A stretch of DNA of 63,021 nt, counting the filler, from Nemertoderma westbladi (lineage: Eukaryota > Animalia > Xenacoelomorpha): the NCBI GenBank assembly GCA_032718475.1. It is 3 parts of 3 records of this genome, joined end to end, with 100 filler letters (N's around TTAATTAATTAA, not from the genome) between each part and the next. Parts side by side here need not be neighbours in the genome. Positions count along the whole stretch, not along the records: positions 27,060 to 47,818 come from JAUCBJ010003336.1; positions 47,919 to 63,021 come from JAUCBJ010001584.1; 1 more part is not named here. One strand, 5' to 3'. Of this stretch, positions 36,425-48,290 are shown in pieces (the first letter of the stretch is position 1; each line of letters begins with the position of its first letter). A program made the translations under genes and the position numbers. Below the pieces are notes generated by a model. The model was not told where the DNA came from, ran no database searches, and saw nothing but the letters and a program-made list of their open reading frames with translations.

Positions 36425-37368
36425 GATCTTTCTCACTTTCTTTCCTGTCCACCCTTCTGCTTACAGGCTTATACCGGTACTGCAGTACCGGTACGCGGTA
36501 GGCCTACAAAAAATAATCCTTGAGCTGTATAGACCAGACCTACTGACCTACGAAATGGAAATGGAATGGAACAGTTTATATTTACTTCTAAGTAAAAAAA
36601 CGCACCAACATGCACAACACAATAAGACCAAATCATCATTTTAACATTCACTAAGTGGCTGATAGCGGTCTTCGTAACTAATTAACTAAGACTCATACTG
36701 TAGTTTAATATTGAAATACATATAGGCCGACAGTAGTTAAGAATAGTATACGAGTATAGTACATGTACAGTATATAGTCCATGGGCCAGCCAGCATAGGG
36801 GATACTTTTTGGTAACCACCCGGAACTTATATTTTTGGGAAGACCTCGCTTCTGGCCATTCATTTTGATATGATAACAAATCTGAATCGGTAGCTGACTT
36901 GGTGTTATCACCGGTTGTCATGGAAATGGTAAAACAACAAACATGATGTAGTATTCTAATAACTCAATATAAATTCATCGCATCTTTTGAAAAAGATAGC
37001 TACTGGTCTAACAATTCTAAATGTGACATAAAATTCTGGAATATAATTATTGTTACCATGGGAATGCTGCTAAATGAAAACTGACATGTTTTAGAAAAAT
37101 AGCTACCATTCTAGAACAATACCATTATTTTAAAAACAAATTACCACATTTTAATGAATATTAGTTTTGGAAAATTTTGGTATACTGAGAGCTAAACCTG
37201 TTTTGTTATAACGGTGATATATGGTTCCAAAGATATACCCATGTTTGAAATATTTTTATTTTTCATAACTTTAATCTCATTCCACTCTGTTTCAAAATAA
37301 TGACTTTAACAAATATTTATTTCAATCAAAAACAATCAGATGTGACTACAAATCACTTTAAAATGACA

Positions 37369-38609
37369 CTACTACTACTACTAGGATCGGCATGCTGCAT
37401 TGCAGCTGCATTTTTAAGAATGCTGTGCCGGCTTGTCAACAAAATTGCACCGCCATAACTCCCTATCACCCATGACATTTGCTAGATCATCCGCATCTTC
37501 AAGGCCAGTGTCCTTTAAGATGCGTCTCAAGAAAGTCATGGGCTGTCCACCATGCTTATTCACTCCATGAGGCTGCCAAAGTACAAGATTATGCACTGGC
37601 TGGTCCTCACGGCGAAAGCAATGTCCTGCAAAGCGGAGGCGATTTTGTTCTAGTGTCAAGCTTGGGGGAACCAATGAGACACCTCCAATGTTATATAGTG
37701 TCTGGTTGGAGATGTGTGCATTGTACTTGACACAATGTACCCGGCGTAGCATTCTTGTGAATGTGCCATCCAGAGATTTGGTGTCCTCAGCAGTTAGAGC
37801 CCAGCATGGACTCCCGTAGAGGAGTACTGGAACTACTGCTGCTCTAAATAATCGGACCTTAAGTTTCCGATTAATTCTAGGTGACTTCCAAATCCTGGAA
37901 AGCCTATTCAAGGCTGCCCATGCCTTTCCCTTACGTATTCGAAGGTCCTCACCTGACCTCCGGATCCATGATCCCAGGTAACAGAAGTCGTCCACATGCT
38001 CAAGCATACCATCCTCTGAGCTTAAGCTCATCCGATCAGAGACTTGCTGACGACTTTCAAAGTTAACTGTCAGAATTTTGGTCTTTCTGGAGTTAATAAA
38101 AAGACCAACACTAGAAGCAGCATGTTCTAATGAGCTGAGGAGCCGTTGAGCTCCCTCTAATGATTCTGAGAGTACTCCTAAGTCATCAGCAAAGTCTAGA
38201 TCAGTTAGGTACTTGGCAGGATTTCCTCGACTTCTGGAGCCAGTAGGTGGAGTTATCATCACCCCATCATCATTATGATGATCTAAGGACATGCGTAGAA
38301 CATAGTCAACCACAATAATGAACAAGAATGGTGCAAGTGTGTCTCCTTGGAGGACGCCCCATAACACTTCAAATGGTTCTGTGTCACCGTCAACAGTAGA
38401 CACAAATGTTGTCGAACCATCGTATACTGATCTGATTGCTGCAATAATTTCATCAGGAATCCCATATAATGAAAGTATGCTGAACATACGTGAGCGAGAG
38501 ACTGAATCAAAGGCCTTGAAGAAGTCAACAAAGATAACAGCCAGATGCCTGTCTTTCTTTTTTGATAACTCTTCAATTATCCTTCTAAGTGCCAAAATGG
38601 GCTCCATGG
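37369..38609 (-). mobile_element. 5'-truncated RTE-clade LINE with open RT frame, (TAG)n tail and 12-bp TSD
   Basis: ORF 37414-38607 (397 aa: FVDFFKAFDSV, GVLQGD, DFADD, FCYLGS); TSD TTTAAAATGACA at 37357-37368 and 38610-38621; empty site visible in the opposite transposon arm (~41631-41642). Confidence 0.95.
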
Positions 38610-38999
38610 TTTAAAATGACAAGTGACATCTAAATGGAATTTCAGACAACACTCCTTCACAGGTTACCATGACTACCACACAGATGCAATTGAAGAAGAC
38701 TCAGATATGACACAAATAAATGACTTGACACCTACCACAAAAGAGAGGTTAGTTCTTTCAGTATATTTACTTCAATTTATATATTTATCATACAGTAATT
38801 GTTCCTAGATGATTTCTGCAAATATGATTCCTTCGATAATGACATTTTTGAATACTAAATCCTCTTTATATAATAATAAATACATAATTATGTATGTACG
38901 TATTCTTAATTGTATGCGATGATGTCATCCGAGCAAACAGAGAATTCTTAGTCGAGTAGGTAATGTATGTGATACAATTACTGCTGTATTAGAAATCAC

Positions 39000-39330
39000 C
39001 TTCATCATCTGAGGTGTCAAGTGCATCAGTTCATTCCAATTCCGCCTCCTTCCATTTGGTGCATTACTTGAATTTGTACAACTCAATGCAATGAAGTTTA
39101 ATTTGTAGGCAGATACGTTCGTGGTTTACATGACGTAGTAAAATTTCAATGCCGCAGAGAGAGAGAGAGGATTGATGATGGAGCTGGAAGAACATACATC
39201 CAATTAGGTATTATCATATCCTCCTCATCTAACAGACAGACCTACAGTATAATGGGAGAAGGTACATTGATGATGGATACTAAACTTTTTTCCAAATATA
39301 CGCTTGGTAGTTTGGCTTTGGATATATACG
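39000..39330 (-). pseudogene. Transposase C-terminal remnant (Academ-like), inverted copy
   Basis: Minus strand, across frameshifts: NYQAYIWKK/SLVSIINVPSP...LLDEEDMIIPNWMYVLPAP...CLQIKLHCIEL; homologous to 39870-40110. Confidence 0.7.
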
Positions 39331-39757
39331 TGTATAAACAATACTTACAAGGTGGCAGCAAAGGTTGACTCGATTTCTCCACTTTTTGAGATTAAAAGAC
39401 GATACTGAAGCACGTAAGAATAATATAGACATCAGTGCAGAGGCAGGTTTCACTGAAAGGGATGGTGAGGGGGGGGGGGGGTTATCTAATAGCAAACGTC
39501 AAAGACTAGATCAAGTATGTGACATTCATATTCGAGATGATAATGAGGGTGTCGGCAATAAATGGACACAAATCAATGCCATCATGACCTTCAACCAACT
39601 CAAATACATTACAAGGGATGAAAACGATGTCCTAAAAATGCCAGGTTTATCAAAAGTGTGGATCTCTAAGTAGAATAACGCATTGTAACATGAACACTAT
39701 ATCAGATAATCTTGGACCTGACTTATGCATAATAATTATTGCTTTACATGAATATCA

Positions 39758-40081
39758 GAAGTTAATGACGTGAACGAGCTTCGGTATCGTCTTTTCTGCT
39801 CAAAACATGGAGAAATTGAGTCAACCTTGCTGCCACCTTGTAAATATTGTTTAAAGAGAGACACCTATCCCGAGCCAACTACCAATCGTATATAAGCTTA
39901 GTACCCATCATCAATGTATCTTCTCCCATAGGTCTGGGATGGCTGTTAGATGAGGAGGATATGGTAATACCTGGTTGGATGTATGTTCTACCAGCTCCAT
40001 AATATATCTGCCTGTATCTGCCTACAAAACAAACATCAACATCATTGCATTGAGTTGTGCAAATTCAAGTCATGTACCAAC
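39758..40081 (+). pseudogene. Transposase C-terminal remnant (Academ-like, Cys-rich tail)
   Basis: EVNDVNELRYRLFCSKHGEIESTLLPPCKYCLK/RHLSRANYQSYISLVPIINVSSPIGLGW...GWMYVLPAP*...CIELCKFKSCTN, with frameshift and stop. Confidence 0.7.
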
Positions 40082-40460
40082 AGGAAGGAAGCGAAATTTG
40101 AATAAACTGAAGCTCTTGACGTGATTTTTGACTAACATATTTGCACTACTTGTTTTATTCGTACCCCAGGTGACACTTTAAAAAATACCAAAAAATTTCT
40201 ATAATCGCTTTCAGCATCCAAAAAAACCGCTATATATCGCAAATAAATTAATTTTAGTGAATTATGAAAACTATTGAAAATCTTAGTACGAAAGTACTGG
40301 AGATGGGTGCCATAAAGGGAGCACAGCACGAAAACTATAACATGACCATGTAAATGGCGTTTGCTCTGTTGGATAACCCATTAAATTTTAGGAAAAGTCA
40401 TGAAATCTCGATTTTCCAAACAAACCTTACTCAAAGATACAGATTAATTACAAAGTTATA

Positions 40461-41324
40461 CCGGGCGCGTATTCCCAATCCTTACACTACTAGGAACACC
40501 TCTTGCATTAACACCTAATGAGTTATTATTTGATTGGACGTTGAAATCATGGAAGGAATGGAAAGAGGGGGTCGAACTAGTGTAAGAGTTTTATAAAGTG
40601 CTTCAAACAAAGCAAGATAAATAAAATAAAATAAAATAAAATAAAATAATAAATAATCCAAATAAAATAAACTCTTAAAACCTCTAGATGTCTAGATGGC
40701 GCGCTAGTGCAGTTCGATGCACACGAATAGCAGACGGACTATTCATAAGCAATTACTATACTGTACAGTACTATAATAGGCCTGCTGCATTGAAACTGCA
40801 CATTGAGATGCTATGCCAGTTTGGCAAAAGTATTTGCCACAACCATGCAATCCACAATTGGCAAGCCAAATGCCGCGTACATTAAGAATTCTATACCGGC
40901 TTATCAACAAAGTTGCACCGCCACAATTCCCTATCCCCCATGACTTTCGTGAGATTAGCTGCATCTTAAGAAAGTCATGGGCTGTCCATCATGCTTATTT
41001 ATTTTCTCTATGGGGCTGCCAAAGCACAATATTGTGCGCAGTGTGGTCCTTATGTGTGGGGGTAGCTCATGCAGCCCTGTATAAACCATAACCCAATGTT
41101 CTACTGCCTAGAATAATATCAAATGTTAAGTCTACTCATCTAATACTGTTGGTGTAATAACCCTTACATGATTTCACCCAATTTCTCCATTCCTTACAGC
41201 GTTTGGAACACTTTCTACTGTACCTGCAAACTGAGTATAAAACTCTTACACTAGTTCGACCCCTAACTCCATTCCTTACATGATTTTTTCCTACAAGTGT
41301 AAGGTTTGGGAATACGCCCCCCGG
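40461..41324. mobile_element. Nested MITE-like element containing an old RTE 3' fragment
   Basis: CCGGGCGCGTATTCCCAATCCTTACAC...GGTCGAACTAGTGTAAGAGTTTTATA inverted at 41237-41324; ~40883-41050 resembles the RTE 3' end (AGAAAGTCATGGGCTGTCCA). Confidence 0.65.
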
Positions 41325-42155
41325 CCCAAGTAGGATTAAGTATTTAGGGGGATTTAGTTTGTATTTTGAGGATTTAGTATTCAAAAATGTCATTATCGAA
41401 GGAATCATCTTCCCCATCCTCTTCATCCATCTTCATCATCCTCTAGGAACAATTACTGTATGATAAATATATAAATTGAAGTGAATATACTGAAAGAACT
41501 AACCTCTCTTTTGTGGTAGGTGTCAAGTCATTTGTTTGTGTCATATCTGAGTCATCTTCAATTGCATCTGTAGTGGTAGTCATGGTAACCTGTGAAGGAG
41601 TGTTGTCTGAAATTCCACTTAGATGTCACTTGTCATTTTAAAGTGATTTGTAGTCACATCTGATTGTTTTTTATTGACATAAATATTTGTTATAAAGTCA
41701 TTATTTTGAAACAGAGTGGAAAGAGATTAAATTGATGAAAAATAAAAATATTTCAAACATGGGTATATCTTTGGAACCATAAGATGATAATTGATGTTAA
41801 CGACATACTGACTAACAGGGGGGTTTGGTATGTATATATTAAATTAAGTTAAAGGAAGAACAGGAGTCTTACACCCCCAATAAAAATATAGAATCAGGAC
41901 ATTTAGCCCAAAATATTTCTCGACCCCTAGGGTCATCGAAGAACAACAAACACACAAACACAAAACAAATATAAATACATGCTAAACATACAGGTATGTG
42001 TCGCAACCCTAACCCTAAGCCTACCCGCCATGCACTAAATGATACCGTTAATAACTGCACAATAGCTAAGCCTATATTCTATAAGAAAATATATGACAAT
42101 TTTGTCGCCGTGAAAGGGGTATGCCTGAGGCAAAAATAATTAATTTGTGAAAAAT

Positions 42156-42252
42156 ATGGTTGCGTTTCAGTGTCTTGGACCAGTACGCGCTAATCCTCGA
42201 CACCTCGTCAGCTGGACAGGGAATTAGCTAAGCCTATCTATAATGCAACAAT
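42156..42252 (-). ncRNA. Degenerate type III hammerhead ribozyme-like motif, copy 1
   Basis: GUUGCAUU-AUAGAUAGG-loop-CCUGUCCAG-CUGACGA-GGUGUC-GA-GGAUUAG-CGCGUA-CUGGUCC-AA-GACACU-GAAA-CGCAAC: both core boxes, fully paired 6+7-bp stem II, imperfect stems I and III. Confidence 0.6.
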
Positions 42253-42832
42253 GACCTAAACTAATCGCACCATCAACTCTGTTACCACCTAGCCCAAAAC
42301 AGAAGTCAGACCACAGAACACAGGAACCCTATAGGCCTATGGTAAGTAAATATGTTACCAATGGGAAACTGGTGGAATGCTAGGGCACACACACAGTACA
42401 AAATTTAAATAAGATTTTATGATTTGCAGTAATGTCGGAATTGTGCTCCACTTTCATAAGATGATAATTGATGTTAACGACATACTGACTAACAGGGGGG
42501 TTTGGTATGTATATATTAAATTAAGTTAAAGGAAGAACAGGAGTCTTACACCCCCAATAAAAATATAGAATCAGGACATTTAGCCCAAAATATTTCTCGA
42601 CCCCTAGGGTCATCGAAGAACAACAAACACACAAACACAAAACAAATATAAATACATGCTAAACATACAGGTATGTGTCGCAACCCTAACCCTAAGCCTA
42701 CCCGCCATGCACTAAATGATACCGTTAATAACTGCACAATAGCTAAGCCTATATTCTATAAGAAAATATATGACAATTTTGTCGCCGTGAAAGGGGTATG
42801 CCTGAGGCAAAAATAATTAATTTGTGAAAAAT

Positions 42833-42929
42833 ATGGTTGCGTTTCAGTGTCTTGGACCAGTACGCGCTAATCCTCGACACCTCGTCAGCTGGACAGGGAA
42901 TTAGCTAAGCCTATCTATAATGCACCAAT
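42833..42929 (-). ncRNA. Degenerate type III hammerhead ribozyme-like motif, copy 2
   Basis: Same motif 677 bp away (CUGACGA at 42888-42882), with one further change in stem III. Confidence 0.55.
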
Positions 42930-44582
42930 GACCTAAACTAATCGCACCATCAACTCTGTTACCACCTAGCCCAAAACAGAAGTCAGACCACAGAACACAG
43001 GAACCCTATAGGCCTATGGTAAGTAAATATGTTACCAATGGGAAACTGGTGGAATGCTAGGACACACACACAGTACAAAATTTAAATAAGATTTTATGAT
43101 TTGCAGTAATGTCGGAATTTTGCTCCACTTTCATAAGAACCATATATCACCGTTATAACAAAACAGGATTAGCTCTCAGTATACCAAAATTTTCCAAAAC
43201 TAATATTCAATAAAATGTGGTAATTTGTTTTTAAAATAATGGTATTGTTCTAGAATGGTAGCTATTTTTCTAAAACAGGTCAGTTTTCATTTATCAGCGT
43301 TCCCATAGTAACAATAATTATATTCCAGAATTTGATGTCACATTTAGAATTAGTAGACCAGTAGCTATATTTTTCAAAAGATGCGATGAATTTATATTGA
43401 GTTATTAGAATACTACATCATGTTTGTTGTTTTACCATTTCCATGACAACCGGTGATAACACCAAGTCAGCTACCGATTCAGATTTGTTATCATATCAAA
43501 ATGAATGGCCAGAAGCTAGGTCTTCCCAAAAATATAAGTTCCGGATGGTTACCAAAAAGTATCCCCAATGCTGGCTGGCCCATGGACTAATGCTACAGTT
43601 CTATCCCAGTATCCACGATATAAAAACAAATCTAATATTATTAGTAGATATGTACTGTAAGTATATGCGATATACAATATAAAATAAGTATGTAGGATGA
43701 TGATTTTAAAATACATAAAATAAATTAAAATAAGTATAATAATTATTAAGAGCACACTTAATAATTATTAAGAGCGCACTAGGTAATTCTTGAATTGATT
43801 GGTTGGACTGATTTGGCGGGAAGTTCAACCCTGCAAACCACATCTGAAGTAAAAACATTTGGTGATTGCTTGGTTTATGCTCAAAAACGTTTGTTGCTTG
43901 CTTAGTGCTTTTACAGTCTAAATAGTGTAATTTTGCTATGTTATTTAAATGTTATTCTAGCAAATATTTCCAACCTTGAATTGCTACATATAAACATTTT
44001 TCAAACATTTTGACATAGCAACCATGTCATAAAATTAAATAACCCTCCAAAATTTCAAACAAACTGCCAAACAGTCTGATTATATTCTTTGGTTAGCGGT
44101 TACTGGGTTAGGACTAGTCATTACACTGCTCTTTTACTGCAAAACAGCAGCAACTGCCAAATGATCTACCAGTACTACCTGCTGAGATGGCCTGTCTGTC
44201 TGTGGCCCTGTGGGTAGGCAACTGGGCAAGGCAGCAAGAATTAACTTAACTGAACTGCCTTTACTTTAAGCCTTATACAAATAAATAGGAGTTAATGCGA
44301 CTGTAATTTCCCAGGTACGTAGCCCATGACGTCCACGAAAGAAATTGAACGTCGGTTCATATTTGGTATTCTTTCCTGCAAATCTGAAATCTATGAAATA
44401 TCGTAATTTATCAAATTGAGACGTTCACATTAGGTAATTTAATGTCCTAACTTTTTACAACATTGAATATGAACCAAAACAAATTTATTTTTATTTTTTT
44501 GTGCCTAAATACCTACGTTGTTTGAATGTTTATGAACGTTCAAACATAATTTACCTTATTAGGCATCAAGGCATGTCAATAA

Positions 44583-46833
44583 ATGTCCGGTTTAATGTCC
44601 GGTTGTCAAGGCATGTCCGGTTTTGGGTTGGATAAGATTGATTTGATTGATTCTCTTGTAAATAGTGCAGATATTGTTTGCTTACAGGAATATTTTCTTT
44701 TGGAGTCATGTTGTAATATTAAGCTAAAGCAGTTTTTTCCTGATTGCCATTTCAGCGCAGGTCCGGAAAGTGAGACCCCAATAAGAACTGAAATTATCCC
44801 TGGATGGAATAGTCAAGTTAAGCCCTTTAAAGATGAAGCCATATTTTGGCACTCAGTGTGGTGTGCTGCGGGGAGACCAAATTCCTCACAAAGTAACCTA
44901 TTTTTCATGAGACAGAGTAGCCGGGCTCAATATAAATATGCAGTACGACGTGTTAAACGTAATATTGATACATTGAAAAGAGATAGGCTATTAAATGCGT
45001 CCCTTTCTGGTAATATAAATATTTTTGATGAGATTAGAAAATTGCGAGGTTCATCTGTCGTGCAAAGTACTTCAATCGAAGGTTTAACGGATTCACAGGA
45101 AATTGCTAATAAATTTGCTGATATTTATAAAGTATTATATAACCAAGAGCCTAAATTCAGGTAGTGTCAATGATATAAATAGTAAATTAAATGAGTGTAT
45201 AGCAAATTTTAATATTGATAGTTTTGAGCCAGTTACCATGGAAACCATACACACTGCTTTGCAGCATTTAAAGAGTGGTAAAAGTGACGTTATATATGGA
45301 TTTGATTCAGGCTGTTTGATTTATGGCGGACCTGCATTAGAAACATTAATAGCAAAACTGTTCAATGCTTTTCTGGTACACGGTGTTATTTCGAAATGTT
45401 TATTGTCAATATCCATGGTACCTATTGCGAAAAACAATTTAGGAGATATTACAGCTATTACTAATTATAGGGCCATCGCAATAGCGTCATTGTTACTTAA
45501 AGTATTTGAGTGGGTGCTGCTGATATATATCTGAGGGAGAAAAACTGGATTTAGACCACTTGCAGTTTGGTTTCCGTGAGAAATCGAGCACAGTAATGTG
45601 CTCGTGGACAGCAACGGAGGTCATTAATTACTATATGCGAAAGACAACACCAGTCTGTGGTTGCTTGTTGGACTTCACCAAAGCTTTTGATTTGGTTGAA
45701 TGGAGAAAGCTTTTCCTTGAGCTGATCAAAAAAGGTTTTTCTCCCTTATATCTTAGGTGTTTGTTGTTTATTTATAGAACACAAATGTGTGCAGTGAGAT
45801 GGAATAACGTTTTGTCATTTGATTTTTCTATTACTAATGGAGTTAGGCAAGGGTCGGTTATTTCACCTGTCCTGTTCTGTGTTGTTTTAAATGTGCTGAT
45901 TTCACGGCTCAGACAGGCAAAAATAGGTTGTTATATTGGTGCTCAGTTTTATGGTTGTCCGTCCTTTGCGGACGATATGTTTCTATTGTGCCCGTCCGTA
46001 ATTGGCCTACAATACATGATTAATATTTGCAAAGATTTTTGTAAAGAGTATAAATTACAGATTAGTACTGATATTGATCCGAAAAAAAGTAAAACTAAAT
46101 GTATCCCGTTCCAGAACACATGGAAGCCGCCTAGTGTGAATATTTCAGTAAATAACGTTACACTACCATGGGTTGAGAAAGGGCTACATTTAGAAATTCT
46201 TCTTAATTTTACGTGTAGTGTCAATATAGATATACAGCGTAAGAGAGGTGCATTTATAGGAAAATTGGCAAATTTAAGGCAGGAATTTTCATTCGCTCAC
46301 CCGCGGTGCTTGTCTAACATTCAACGTATTTATGCGACAAGTTTTTATGGAAGCCCAGTTTGGGATTTGGCTTCTGATGAATGCCGTAGAATATACACCG
46401 CTTGGAATACGAATGTGCGCTACATTTATCATCTGCCGTATAACAGCCATAGGTTCATAGTAGAAGATATTGTTAATTTTCCCCACCCTAAGGTTATGCT
46501 CAGTAAACGTTTACTGTAGTTAAATTTGCAACTAGTGTTTTGACTTCTGATAAATTGTGTATAAGATTTCTGGCAAATTTAGTATTTTATGATTGTAGAT
46601 GTAGAAGTGGTGCGAACTTGCGTAACATAGGGAATGAGTGTGGTATAAATGATCTACGTAAAATATCAGTAGGTGACCTTTCTAATTGACGATATGTGCC
46701 TTCTCCACCTGATAGTTACTGGCGAGTTAAATTGTGTAAAGAAATTATTGATTGCTATTTCGATGAGACTACAGTACCAGATTTCTCATCTGAAGAACTA
46801 ATTGAAATTTTGAAATATGTATCGTCGTTCTAG
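44583..46833 (+). mobile_element. Decayed non-LTR retrotransposon (APE remnant and RT), clade uncertain
   Basis: Three broken ORFs: DIVCLQE, NYRAIAIASLLLKVFE, QFGF, LLDFTKAFDLV, GVRQGSVISP.LF, SFADD. Confidence 0.85.
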
Positions 46834-47818
46834 ATATTTTCTAGTGTCTCAATACTTATTTGTGTTTTTCCTTGTTTTTTTTTTGTGCTACTTACATATT
46901 AGTTAATTACTTAAATGTACTTTACATTACTAAAATTTAGATTTACATTACATTACTGTGCGGTACTATATATATATATGATATATTATGTATGAATATA
47001 CAACATTAATTAATTAATAATGGCATGTTCAAACTTGTTATATTGTGACACAATTTTTTATTATTGTACAGTTATCATTTGTGTTAAGTTAATAATTAGA
47101 AAGGCCTTTGTGGAGTATCCTGGTTTTCCATTTGCAGACAAAACAACCAGCCATTGGTGAACTTGAGGCCCAAACTACAGAGGTTAGCCTACTCCTTGAA
47201 TGGTTCCGCTTATTCCTGGACTATAATGGTTCCTTCCCCCCCAATACAAAACAATTACTTTAAGTAATCACAAAATTAATCATACAACAAAACACTGATA
47301 ACCAATACAACGCTGACACATTATAAATATTTTAAACAACAAAATAACACCAAAATTAAACAACGATGATTCCATTCCTCTGATTACTAAAGCTGAGACA
47401 CTACGTCACAAAAAAATTTAATAAAATTATTACAATATTATTGAACCAAGAAAATAACAAACAAAGAAAAGCTCAACATTGTGTCTATGTTGATACCAAA
47501 TAACATTACATTTTGTTGATATAAAGCGTATATATGGGCGTTGTAATGTCCACGCTTCTATTATGTGCATGGTCATTTTTTTAATCACAAAACATTATTT
47601 TTTGATTTTAACAGATCGTATTAAATAAACCTTTCTTACGGTTCAATTGCTTTTGTGAATAGATATAAAATTACAAATGACCAATTATAAGGTCTTAAAA
47701 TTAATTAATTTTTGTAGATTCATCAATATGAATAATCTATTTTGGCTGGAATATGATAAATTATATAAATCTAACTAATTGGTTGCGAATTTGTGGATCA
47801 TCACCATAAGATATTAAG

Positions 47819-47918
47819 NNNNNNNNNNNNNNNNNNNNNNNNNNNNNNNNNNNNNNNNNNNNTTAATTAATTAANNNNNNNNNNNNNNNNNNNNNNNNNN
47901 NNNNNNNNNNNNNNNNNN
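47819..47918. other. Assembly gap linker (N44-TTAATTAATTAA-N44)
   Basis: Same 100-bp linker as at 26960. Confidence 0.98.
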
Positions 47919-48290
47919 TTTAAACATATGTTTATTTGAAGTATTAATATTGCACTTTACAATATATATATATGAAGGTGAGTAAAGGGTAGGATTGGCA
48001 AACAAGCTAGAGCTTATATTAATGCCGCTCCTACCCGTACGCACAACATACATACCACTCACACATTATTCCACGCGCTCGGTGCATCATTTCTATAAGA
48101 AGAAGTTACGTTGATAAATTTAATTTAATTTTGTTAATTTGATAAAATCATATATAAGTTTATGGGAATTTCTTACTTGGCAATAGACTATAGTCAAATT
48201 ATATGTTTATTTACAATAGGAAACAAAAACAAAATATAATATATTTATATTTATTTCTAATAATTTTAGGAAATTATTAATTAAATTAAA

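Larger units (their letters stand above)
41782..43136 (-). mobile_element. Head-to-tail dimer of a 677-bp non-coding unit with 8-bp TSD (retrozyme-like)
   Basis: Units 41782-42458 and 42459-43135 (3 differences seen); GAACCATA duplicated at 41774-41781 and 43137-43144; empty site seen in the opposite arm near 37220. Confidence 0.85.
36775..43589. mobile_element. Fold-back Academ-like DNA transposon with ~0.85-kb inverted arms and nested insertions
   Basis: Termini TAGTCCATGGGCCAGCCAGC...GCTGGCTGGCCCATGGACTA; arms 36775-38864 and 41368-43589 are inverted copies once insertions are removed; flanks ATA/ATG; internal transposase-like remnants. TAG..CTA ends and the Cys-rich C-terminus fit my recollection of Academ. 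Confidence 0.7.

Noticed and set aside
36682-36921. Duplicated 79-aa ORF MTTGDNTKSATD... (also 43443-43682) as a gene pair
   Set aside because: Similarity stops at the transposon terminus; it only reflects the inverted arms
41869-42737. Twin 63-aa ORFs as a protein encoded by the 677-bp unit
   Set aside because: Non-ATG start, low-complexity TG-rich sequence and no recognisable motif; identity follows from the duplication
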